Positions 25,184 to 36,620 of a DNA stretch of 64,000 nt are shown one piece after another. The notes below the pieces were generated by a model, which was not told the origin of the DNA, did not search any database, and saw only the letters and a program-made list of their open reading frames with translations. The stretch's first letter is position 1. Each line of letters starts with the position of its first letter. A program made the position numbers and the translations under genes. This stretch comes from Leucoraja ocellata (Eukaryota): contig JAWMAR010000033.1 in NCBI GenBank assembly GCA_036785375.1, positions 3,224,001-3,288,000 on the forward strand, read 5' to 3'.

Positions 25184-27588
25184 GCAATTGGCTAAGGCTA
25201 AATCAAACTAGTGTCAACCTTGATATATTTTGATTCTGAGATGAGCTTTTACTATATATCTGTATTGGGATGGAAGGCGCTTTCTTCCATCTTTCCAACT
25301 GCATTGGATTCTGCTCCTGCCTCAACTCTCTTTACTGCTGGAATTCCAATCCAATGCAAAGTTATTCCTGGACATGATTTATTCTAGTGCACTCATGAAC
25401 TGCATCCCTTCTCCTATTTCTCTTGAATTAGAGGTCATTTGGAACACTACTATCTAAGTCCTATTTGCACCAAATGTTGATCACCAATCCCATTTCAGCT
25501 ACTTGCTCAGCCGTGTTGACTTCCAATAAGCAACGCTTCAGTTTAAAAATGCATAAACTTTATTTCAGGTTTCTCCATTGCCTCTCCCCTCTTTATCTCT
25601 TGCATTTCTGTCCTCTAATGCACCCTTGGATTTAATTGCTCCAACTAAACGTTTTCACCAACAAACAAGCATAATTTCCTGCCCAATACTGCCTATACCT
25701 CAGTGTGTGTATATATACTCTTGAGCTGGATTTGGCCTGCTTTCCAGAATTCCACTTGTAATACCTGACTGCCCTGTTATCTAGGCCTGTTGTTAAAGGA
25801 TGAACACGCAGACTCATTGTTCCTTTTGCGCGGTGACTGAGGTTCTGTGTTGAGTAGGCTCCGACAATCTTGCACAGAAAGCAAAGGTGAGGATAGAGTT
25901 TGGTTTCATTCTTATTTTTCATAATCCTATCTTCAAAAAACATATTTTCAAAATTAAAAACCAAATATATTAAAATACTTAGAAATAATTAAAGTAAGTA
26001 TGTAAAAATTAGATTAACATTCCTTGTTCTCTTCAGGTTTCAAATTCCATTCACATAATGGGGGTTCCAATCCTTCCTGAGATCTGCAATGTGGATTACG
26101 GGGACAGACTTTGGGCCACCAGACCAACTCTGGGCTCCACCATTGGAATACATACGTTGAGGAATGACTTGCCATTATGTGCCATTTAGCTTGTTCACGA
26201 TTTGTGATAGGTCCTTAAAGGTTTGGGCCATATATACCTGGAAGTTTAGGCTAAATGCCTAAATAATGTCATTATTCCATGGTTCCAATGGCTGCTGCAA
26301 TTTACAATATTCCACCCAAAAGACTGCTGTGATTTAGCAAGGCAGCCCAACACCTTCTTGAGGTAATTGGAAAAGGTTAAGTTGGATTAGGCTATCTGGC
26401 AATGGTCAATTAATCCCATAAATTAATGAATAAAAGGCTGAGTGATGTATTAGTTTGGATAAGATGATTGGTAAACAGTATGCTGCAGGAATAAACAATA
26501 TGTTCAGTGGGGTGGAACTTAATGAAGTGATACTGATCCCCCAGTTTTTTTTTGTCCTTCTGCCTTTGAAAGGTGGGGTGGGAGATTGCAACCATCAAGT
26601 GGTCCATCCTGTTTCGACTAATGTAATCAACCCGACGTGCACTAACAATTAGATCAAATAGAACAAGTTGACCTGCAACTTTAGGCTGTGCACACTATAT
26701 GCAAGAAGAAGACTTGGAAAGATTGACATCAAAACTGCAGCTAGCAAATTAGAAATATGATGCTCGGACAAAGGAATCTGTAGCTAGGGTGGCAGAAGAA
26801 AGTGGCAGATCAGTGTCAGAATTTGCAATGGCTTTCCATTTAATCTGCAACAGATTGATATTAAAGATCCAGGTTAACTGTGATACCAGAATATGGCTGA
26901 TTTTGGCAAATTCTCTGCTCTCACTGCTCATTTTCTTTCCTCTGCTGCTTGCACTTGGTTCCTCCACAGTTGAGAATTTGTTAGTTCTGTACATCTCTGC
27001 AATTAGTTGTTTTTCTGGTGACTTTGTTGTTGCTCTAGATTGTGCTTTGTCCCAACAATGATGGAAGTACTCCTTACACCTCACTGGAGAGGGAATAGAA
27101 TACTTTGCTTCAAATAGAGGCTTAGGAGAAAGAGACCAAAGTGACCAACATTCAAATACAGAGATTAGAAAGCTAACAGAAACAAAATTAACTGGGAAGG
27201 AGGAATTTACCTATTTTGGAAAGAGAGTTTTGATTATTAAGGAAGGTTTGAAATGAGATGGTGGTGGTTTATGAGTGAGGAGTGTGATTGAAGTTTACAG
27301 AGGCAGGAAATAGGATTAGAAGTCCTAGTATGCAATAACGTGCATGCCAGGACTTCGTTTAACACTTGTGCACAAATATTCAACTATTAGAGGTTCTACT
27401 GCAGCTGTACAGGGTCTTGGTGAGACCACGCCTGGAGTATTGTGTACAGTTTTGGTCTCCAAATCTGAGGACGGACATTATTGCCATAGAGGGAATGCAG
27501 AGAAGGTTCACCAGACTGATTCCTGGGATGTCAGGACTTTCATATGAAGAAAGACTGGATAGACTCGGCTTATACTCGCTAGAATTTA

Positions 27589-29420
27589 CTTACTTTATTA
27601 ATTTACTTTACTTTATTAATTTATTGAACATGTTAAAAAATACAAACACAAATAAACTTGTAAGCAATAAAAAAAGAAAATAAAACACAAAGGAAAACAA
27701 ACAAATAAGTAACTCAAATAATACAAATAATATCGTTCATGTTCAAGAAGTTTGAAAACTTTTCTGCTCCTACCCCTTCTTATTTTCTATACATTTTCAT
27801 GGAAAAACAAAATAATGGGAACAAATGGACCCAAAATCTGTTGAACAGTCCACAAACAAGAAATAACCAAACAGAAAAGAAAATCACTGGTCCAGCTCAT
27901 AAGTTTGGTTAGTGGCAGCGCCTAACGGCAGCGGCTCGACTACAGTCATCTGTCTTTTTTATTTTTGTCTTAAATGTATGTCTTGAGTTAGTTTTTATAA
28001 TTTGTTTTAGCTGTGTATATGTGGGGGGTGGTGGGGGGGCTGTGGGGAAACAGTTTAAATCTTTTCCCTGTGCGGGGACCCAACTATTCCCTGTCCGGTC
28101 TCGGATGTCGTTGGGCCTAACATCGTGGAGCCGGCGGCGACCTCCGGCCAGGACTAACCTGAGGGCTCCAGTTGCAGAGCCTGCGGAACTGACATCGCGG
28201 AGCTGGCCAACTCCGTGATGTCAGCTGGAGCGGGAAGAGCTGTGGTGGCGTGCGGCTGCGACCCGACTTTTGGAGTTCGGATGCACCGGCCGCAGACCCG
28301 GTGGACGGGAACTTCGAGAGCTCCAAGTCCCTGGTGGGAGACCGCTTTTCCGAGCTCCGCAACGGCGACTTCTCCCGCTGGAATCGCGGGTTTAAAGACA
28401 TGGAGCCGGGGCCTAACATCGCCCGGCGTGGCTTAAACAGCCTCAGGACTTGCCATCGCCCACCGGGGGATTTAACATTGGAGCCCCAGTTCGCCTCGAC
28501 ACTGCAGTTGGACTGCTGGACCACGGAAGAAGGGACAAAGGGAAGAGATAAAGACTTTGCCTTCCATCACAGTGAGGAGATGTTGGAGACTCACTGTGAT
28601 GGATGTTTATGTAAAACTGTGTTAAGTGTGGGTCTTGGATTGTTTTGTAATGTAAAAAACTGTAGAAATTATATTTCGTTCAAACCTAGGTTTGAATGAC
28701 AATAAATTGCATTCTATTCTATTCTATTCTATAACCATTCAATCTTTTGTTTCTGAAGAGTGTTTTTAGTTTGAATAGAGTCTTACATTTTTTCAGCTCA
28801 TCATGGCAGTTATTCCAGAGACTAACACTCTTTGCTGTAACACAATGGAGTTTTGCATTAGTTCTTATTGCCGGTTTTTCGAATATATAGGTTCCTCTCA
28901 GGTCGTGTTTGCTTTCTCTCCGTTGGAACAACCCCTGGATATTACAAGGCAATTGCTGATTAGCTGCTTTGAACATAATTCGGATTGTTTTATAATCTGT
29001 CAGATCTTGACATTTTAATGTTTTTAGTCTGATAAATAATGGTTTTGTTGATTGTCTGTAGGTGGTTTTATGTATAATTTGTATTGCTCTTTTTTGGATG
29101 ATGAAGATTGTTTTGTATGTGTTCCCCCATACGTCCACACAGTAGATCGTGTATGGGAGTATGAGGGAGCAGTACAACATATACAGGGAGGCTTGATTTA
29201 GTAGGTCTCTGGCTTTATTCAGTATTGCAATTGATTTGGATATTTTGGCTTTAATATAATTTATGTGAGGTTTCCAAGTTAATTTGTTGTCAATTAATAC
29301 TCCACGAAATTTTATTTCAGATACTCTTTCTATGTCTGTGCCATTTATCATGAGCTTTTTCTCTGTGTTGGTTGATCGATTTCCAAATATTATGAATTTT
29401 GTTTTACTTAAATTCAATGT
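27589..29420 (-). mobile_element. Crack/L2-group LINE 3' portion, nested in CR1 and itself interrupted at 27903-28729
   Basis: ORF 29417-28719, NLSKTKFIIFG...FRGVLIDNKLTWKPHINYIKAKISKSIAILNK...LYCSLILPYTIYCVDVWGNTYK, is the post-RT region of Crack/L2-like LINEs. Removing the inner insert restores ...NGYELDQ-stop at about 27884, followed by a 3' UTR and an AATAAAGTAA-type tail. Confidence 0.88.
27903..28729 (+). mobile_element. Non-coding LINE-tailed retroposon, copy C (longest, CpG-rich)
   Basis: Head GTGGCAGCGCCTAACGGCAGCGGCTCG, a perfect 13-bp stem (28564-28576 / 28590-28602), and TGACAATAAA with an (ATTCT)4 tail. Confidence 0.75.
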
Positions 29421-31454
29421 GAGTTTAGGATTTAGAATTTAGGAGATTGAGAGGGGATCTTATAGAAACTTACAAAATTCTTAAGGGGTTGGACAGGCTA
29501 GATGCAGGAAGATTGTTCCCGATGTTGGGGAAGTCCAGGACAAGGGGTCACAGCTTAAGGATAAGGGGGAAATCCTTTAAGACCGAGATGAGAAAAACAT
29601 TTTTCACACAGAGTGGTGAATCTCTGGAACTCTCTGCCGCAGAGGGTAGTTGAGGCCAGTTCATTGGCTACATTTAAGAGGGAGTTAGATGTGGCCCTTG
29701 TGGCTAAAGGGATCAGGGGGTATGGAGAGAAGGCAGGTACAGGATACTGAGTTGGATGATCAGCATGATCTTATTGAATGGCGGTGCAGGCTCGAAGGGC
29801 CAAATGGCCTACTCCTGCACCTATTTTCTATGTATCTATTAATACTTGTGTCTTTAGTTATTTTGTCCAATACTTCAACATAGATATTTGACGATGTGCC
29901 TTGCTTTTGCTCTGTGTTGGCATGGTAAGAAAATGACACATTGAAAGTGGGGCACAGCTGAATGTTAGCAATGGGTGCAATTGATGGAATGTGTTTTGAA
30001 CACACATCTCAGATCATTATCTGTAGATTTGCTATTGCTTGATATATTTAAGTCTCTTTGGCTTTGTCTCCTTAATTGTCGCTTATACCATCAGTGTTGT
30101 ATACCATCTCGTTTCACTAATGTTCAACTGCCCAAAATGCTTGCTTTCTTTTTACTTTATTATTTACATAGTAGATGGAGACTCTGTCTTTGAACAATAA
30201 ATCATCAATGCTTGTGCGAAAGCTGAACTAAAGGATAAGACCAGATGAATATGTGAAATGAAAGGATTTTTCTTTCTAATGCTTGTATGTGCTTTTATCT
30301 TTTGTGCTGTTGTTTTCTCTCTCCACTCTTTTCTCTGGTATGTTTCAGACCATTCAAAATACTGTTATTTTCGTTATTAGTATTTTGAATCTTTGCCTCC
30401 CCCACTCATTGAAACATTGCCCACATTGCTTTATTTATTTTTTCTGATGTCGCTTAATTTGTTGTCATAAATGTTGTATGTATATGCAGCTCTTGAAGCT
30501 GAATAGTGCCATATTTCTCCATCAACTAGGTGACAAAACTGGTGTTTCTGCCCTTTTTTTTGATAACTTCTTGTCTTAGCTCCGAGTACTCCACGACAAC
30601 TTCTTCCCTTCTGCAAAATGGTGAGAGACAACAGAAGGTATCAGAGCTTACTTGTCAAACAATCAAGTTGTACAAGCAGAATTAAAGTGTCACATTTTTA
30701 TCATTTAATTGTTTCTGAAGATTAACATGATCTTTAAAATTAGTCTTAATAAATGTGCGCACAGCATTATTAAATTGTATGTATTTCTTTAATATTCATG
30801 ACACCCAGTCCCATCTCCTCCTGAAAGATTATGATGATTTGGCTGCAATTAAATATTGGTTTCTACACACCAGTTGACGCTAATTCACCGTGAAACTGCT
30901 TTAGTAGATATCAAAGATCGAAGTATGATTGTTCTCATTTAAACAATCAGGTTAAGAGTTTCAAACAGATGGGACTCCACTGCTTGTGTAGTTATCAGGT
31001 TGACAGCAGCTGTGTTTGTGGTCATTTTTTTTGTTTGATTTATGAATATTGCTCAGCTAAATGAAAAAAGAACATTGGTAAAAGAAAACAGACAAATTAC
31101 AGTTAAAGTAAATTTTATAAAATTTGTACCTAAGCAGTTATTGTATCAAATGATAGATCACTTGAATGCTATTGTAACTGCCTGTGATGTATGGTCATAT
31201 TATCTACAAAACTCTGTTACGTGATTTTTTTTTTTATTGCTCGTGTTGGTGGCAGTCAGGAAAACAGATTACCTTTTAGGTCAAATCGATATGTATTTCA
31301 TTTACTGAGTTTTCAAACACACTTTAAGTTTATATGAAAACATACTGTAGATGCTCTCCACAGAACATTTGCTAACATTACAAAAATGTATTTGTCCTTT
31401 GTGTTAACTGTTGCTGAATTGATGTCAGTGTTTTCTTGGATTTTGGCAAAAGCG

Positions 31455-31680
31455 AAGTTAGGACAGCAAATGGTACAGCAGTTAGTGCTGCTTTTCCACC
31501 ACTCCAATGATACAGGATTGTTCCTGACCTTGGTTGCTGTAAGGATGGGACTGCACATTCTCTCAGTGTTGGTGTGTGCTTTCTCTGTGTGCTTCAGTTT
31601 CATCCCACATTCCAAAGATGTGGTGGTAGGCTAATAGGCTACGGTAAATTCCCCTTGGCACTGATTAATGGCAAATGAAC
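31455..31680 (+). mobile_element. Old V-SINE (HE1-like)
   Basis: Degenerate tRNA-like head and V-domain (...TTTCATCCCACATTCCAAAGATGTG...). Confidence 0.65.
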
Positions 31681-33441
31681 TAAAGAGGAGTCGATTATAT
31701 ATAGAACAATCAATTTTTTGGGCTACTGGGAAATGAGAAGAAGGTGAATGGGACATGGAATTGTTGTGGTTGAAGCTAACGTGTTCATTCTGGACCAAGA
31801 GAGACTCCTTCTCTCTTTCATGAAGAAGTAATTAAGTAGTTAATGAGCTTTTGTTACCCAGACTTGTTTAATCAAGAGCTCAAAATTACTGTTGCAACTT
31901 CTTTGCCATTTTGCAGTTTGGTGAAGAATTTTATTAGTATAAATTATCTGGTACAAAACATTCCAAATGGAATCTAAGGAAAAATGACACCCCTCACTCA
32001 TGCCCCTTGTGATTTTATATCTCATTGTTTTGAAAAATCAAGTTTCTTACCACATCAGAGTGAAACCAAGTTTTACTTATCCTGTCTTCTTGAAATAGTG
32101 CTGTTTAAAGAACCAATGTTTCTACTGCCTCCTTTGTGAATACTTGCGACCTCTCCAAACCACAAACCACTTCCTCACATATGCATGACTTGTTTTGCTT
32201 CTTAAAGGTCAAAGTTAGCATAGACAAATCTTTCCTTCAACCTATGGCTCAGGCAGACTGCCGTACTGTGTAGGAATTCAATAAATGTATTAATGAATAT
32301 CAGCCACTCTCTGGGTAATCACTGTGACTGTCAGATCCTATTTAACACATATTTCCCTCACCTTAAACCTATGCCCTCTTATTCTTGAAACTCTTACCAT
32401 GGGGGAAAAAAATGATTGTCAACCTCCTTTGCCTCTCCCGATCTCTATCAGGTCACCCCTCAACCTCCTGTACTCCAGGGAAGACAAGCCCAGCCTTTCA
32501 AATCTTTCGCCATAACTAATGTCCTCCATGAAATTTCAACAGGGAAAGTTGACAGGTCAGCTTTGGCAATCTCACAGTAGAAAATTGTAGGACTTTTACA
32601 AACACACAAAACTTACAATGCCATTAAAATATAGGAAAATAATTCCTAGGCCACATGAGAAAAGAAGGCAGCAAAGCTGAAGTAATGGAATAAACCAATA
32701 ATGTCATTTAGCTGACTGTACCTGTGCCAGTCATAAAAGAACCACCTAACTTAATCTCACCTTGCAACAGGAAATCCATTGCCGTGCAGATGATAACTCT
32801 TCCCATGCACATGCTTGGATGTTTTTCCACCGTTCACCCTGGCTTCTCCAACCTTTCCTCAAAGCTTCAATTTTCCATTGTCAGCAATATCATTGTTGGC
32901 CTCCTTTATACTCTCGAATGCGGATACATCGCTCCTGAGGTCACTTGATTTTTGCTTGGTTAATGATGCAAAAGCTATCACATTTACACAATGAAACTGA
33001 CAGCAACTTCGAACTTTCCACCTCGTCAGAATTTAATGCGGAAGCCCTGTAATTGGTGTCGATATGCAGTTATCCTTTCCTGTCTGCTTGAAATACAATG
33101 TTTTCCAAATGTCTAAGGCAATGATAAATATTTCAAAATACAATAGCTTCTAAAGTTTTTTTTTTTAAAAACCCTCAAAATCTCATTTATGATATTTTAG
33201 ATTCAACTTTAAGGAGGGAAGGGATCAATTTGAGTCTATGATTGTTAGCCAATGCCTCTGAATGACTAGTCTGCTGATTTATACACAACACTATAATGCA
33301 GTTTTGGCAAGGAGTAGTCAGAGTCAAGGCTACAACCACATGAAAAGAAGGAGCAAGTTGGATATCACTTTTTCTGGAAAAAATGTGGTATATAAGAGAA
33401 AAGGAGGTACAAAAGAATAGACAAGTTAAAATTGTTTCTGT

Positions 33442-33569
33442 GTAAGAGGGAACTACAGATGCTGGTTTAAACTGAAGATAGACACAACGAGATGGAACAA
33501 CTCAGCAGGTCAGACAGCATCGATGGAGAAAAGGAATAGGTGATGTTTCGGGTCAAGACCCTTCTTCTG
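33442..33569 (-). mobile_element. Penelope terminal fragment
   Basis: Matches the PLE terminus. It is flanked by a 14-bp duplication AAAATTGTTTCTGT (33428-33441 and 33570-33583) and sits inside older CR1-like sequence. Confidence 0.8.
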
Positions 33570-34736
33570 AAAATTGTTTCTGTTGTGGGTGAATCCAGAA
33601 ATAAGAAGTGTAAAGATAAGAAAACCACAGATGGATGAAAGATAGAAATTACGAGGAATATATTTGGCAGATTGGTGCAAATATGGAACTTGCTATTTTG
33701 GACAATAGTTATTGTAGACTGCTGACACAGATTAATGTGTACATGAGTGAAAAAGGGACTATAGGAATATACCAGTAAATTGGGAAGAATGATTTGAGTC
33801 AGAGGAGAATATATGGAGTAAAATTGCCAGAATAGAAAAAGCCGATCAATTGACTCACTTTATTGTGCCGAGGATTCACTTCAATTATGGATATAATTAC
33901 AGTGAATCTGCATCTTATAAATAGGATTGTGTCTTGTGGTTCAATATTTTTGAAATAGAACAGAAAAAACATACTATTATAGCGCAGAAAAGGAAAGAAA
34001 ATCTTGTCGTAAGATCCACTAAGTGAAAGACTAGAAAAGTTACTGTCAGTTTAAGAAGTGTCATATTTTCCCAAAGGCTTTCACATGTCAATTTTGAAAT
34101 ATTTTTTAAAAGCATATTTTAGTAATCATCCTTTTTCCAAGTAATGATTTGTATATTGCTTTATATCTGGGGGTTGAAATATTTGATGTTGCCATAGTTG
34201 CCTGTTGCTGACTTTAAAGCCTTTGATGAGATGGCAAAGCCTCCAGCTGTCATCACCCCCTTTTGGAAGAGTTGTTCTGCAGCCCCCACGCACCCTGTAC
34301 CAGCATTTCTGTAAGTGGGCAGTGCCTCAGCTTTAAGCAGAGATGAGCTTTGTCATTTGAGGAGAGCCACGTGCCAGCCCACACGGATCAGCCAGATAGT
34401 TCAGCAGCAATTGCCATCATTGTTGGAGAAGAGAGTTCTTTTCACAAAGGGGATCCCCTGTGAAGCATGGATGAAGTGAACAATGTTTTATTTGAACCTC
34501 AGCACCTAAGGGACAGCAGAATATGTATCTTGTTTTCTTATGATTCTGTGCTTGCATAACATTATAGATTGGGATCTGATCCAGAATTATTTTATTTCCA
34601 GAAAAGGTGTTTCAAATAAAAGGTTGTGTTTGTGCCTGTACACCGAGTACAGTTGCAACATGTTTTTGTCCATTCAGCATGGTGAGCAAAGATCTCTAAT
34701 TCTGAAATAATGAAAACTTCAATACGAAATTGAAGG

Positions 34737-34966
34737 TAGACAAATGCTGGAGAAACTCAGCGGGGTGAGGCAGCATCTATGGAGCGAAAGATATATGCAA
34801 CGTTTCGGGTCGAGACCCTTCCTCGGACCCTTCCCGTCTGAAGAAGGGTCTCGACCCGAAACGTTGCCTATTTCCTTCGCCCCATAGATGCTGCCTCACC
34901 TGCTGAGTTTCTCCAGCATTTTTTGTCTACCTTCGATTTTCCAGCATCTACAGTTCCTTCTTAAAC
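34737..34966. mobile_element. Penelope terminal repeats in inverted arrangement, young
   Basis: The arms at about 34733-34821 and 34842-34933 are reverse complements. A 15-bp duplication ATACGAAATTGAAGG lies at 34722-34736 and 34967-34981. Confidence 0.9.
34836..34868 (+). ncRNA. Minimal (PLE-type) hammerhead ribozyme motif
   Basis: GT-CTGAAGA-A-GGGTCTCGACCC-GAAA-CGTT-GCC contains the CUGANGA box, a helix II stem-loop, the GAAA box, and a palindromic AACGUU helix III with a GUU triplet. Activity is not shown. Confidence 0.7.
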
Positions 34967-36259
34967 ATACGAAATTGAAGGATGTCCATTGCCTTTCACA
35001 TTTATCTCAGCAAGGAGTTAGAGTATCCAACAAGGTGATATAAACAAACAAAAATATATATTTTTAATATATTGTGTTTCACGACCTCATAGACAAAGAT
35101 GTACATCAGCATAGTGACTGGTGTAATGCAGAAAATGCTGCAGTCATTTGGTAGAGGGCAGGTTTCCACAAATTGCATTGTTATTATGACCAAATCTTAT
35201 TGAAATGTTGACTGAGGGATAAATATTGGCTCGGGCCCTCTGAATAATTCCACTGTTTCCCCTGATATCGCACTGGCCTTGATTTATGATCTTGGCTGAA
35301 ATGCAGAAGTCCATTTGCCACTCAATGGCATCTCAGCTTAAATTAATGCTCTGAAATATTTAATAACTGTACTAAGACTATGCTGCAATCTTACTCGATG
35401 TCCTTGCTAATGAAGAAAAGCACCTCATAGGTATAAAGAACAAAGTGATTCTTGCCATTGTCCATGATGTGATCATCAATCACAGACATAACCAATCATA
35501 TCTAATAGTATCAGATTCTGTTGTTAAACTTTGCAGTTAGATTCTTCATCATCTTTTGGACAGTTTCCATGGCAACGTTAATACAATTAGAGAAAGCATT
35601 GGGCACAATACTGAGGGTTTGCCAGTCCCTTGTTTAAACTTAATTCAATTCTTGTTATTCAGGTAACAAAGTAGAATAACGATTGTCTGAAGCAATTGAA
35701 AGAAAGTTTGGGATTGCCATTATAATTTAATAGAATTCAATGTACCTGCAGTGTTGGATAATTCGTGGTTATAATAGGATAATAATGGAAATAATATTTC
35801 TGGTTTGAATAATTGTTTGAAGTACATCTTACTAGTTTCTATCATGGTAAATAAAATTAAGACAATGGCTATATTGTTGCAGGATGTGGGTGACTGTCAT
35901 TTACATCTGAATTGCAGAGATTTCTTCTCACAGTGAGCGATGGATCTCTTGCATTCTCTACCCCAGAGAGTTATGAAGACTAGATGTATTAAACATGAGA
36001 TGGATCAATGTTTGAAAGATTGGGAATTTATGTGAATTTGGAACTGGCATGGAAGAGCAGTTGTGGCCTGGGGTATATCAGCTAAGATCACATTGACTAG
36101 TGGAGAAGGCTTGAGGAGTAGTGTCCACTCTTGCTCCAGTTTTCTCCAGTGTTCTGTGCTGTTTGGTTGTCTGTATCTGTTTCTCTATAATATTGCATTA
36201 ATCGCTGCATTTCAAAAATTCTACAGTGGGTGTAAAATGCTTTAAAGTGTTCTGAGATA

Positions 36260-36620
36260 TGCCTTTTTCACCACCTCGGCCAACTGTGCCACCACCTTCA
36301 GCGATTTTTGGGGTCGATACCTTTTGCTCGTCGATACTCCCTACAGCACAATCATTGCATATATCTTATTATGCTTTCCATTATCTGGCATCCTTTCGTC
36401 TCCTTTGTCACCTACTCCACCCATCTGCTAATCATCCCCCCCCTCCCCAAACCTGTATTTGTCTACTACTTGTCAGGCTCTATCCCAACCCTACCCCTCT
36501 CTTCCAATTATCCTCTCCCCCCACACCATCATTCTGGAAAAAAAGGTCCGGAGCTAAACATCATTTATCCATTCCCTTCGCAGATGCTGCTTGACCTGCT
36601 GAGTTCCTCCAGTACTTTCT
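36260..36620 (+). mobile_element. Degenerate Penelope 3' region
   Basis: A pyrimidine-rich tract is followed by a decayed terminus (CTGGAAAAAAGGTCC...CAGATGCTGCTTGACCTGCTGAGTTCCTCCAG). Confidence 0.6.

Larger units (their letters stand above)
27385..29835 (+). mobile_element. CR1 LINE 3' end split by nested insertions (parts about 27385-27588 and 29433-29835)
   Basis: VLLQLYRVLVRPRLEYCVQFWSP...LGLYSLEF continues as RRLRGDLIETYKILKGLDRLDAGRLFP after the insert. The junction duplication TAGAATTTA is at 27580-27588 and 29433-29441. Confidence 0.93.

Noticed and set aside
26749-27084. 111-aa minus-strand ORF (and similar ORFs at 30431-30631 and 55890-56153) as a nested gene
   Set aside because: There is no recognisable domain or consistent exon chain. 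They look like decayed LINE sequence or chance frames.
28021-28699. Overlapping GC-rich ORFs up to 149 aa
   Set aside because: They lie inside retroposon copy C, are open on both strands because of GC content, and are not preserved in copies A and B.
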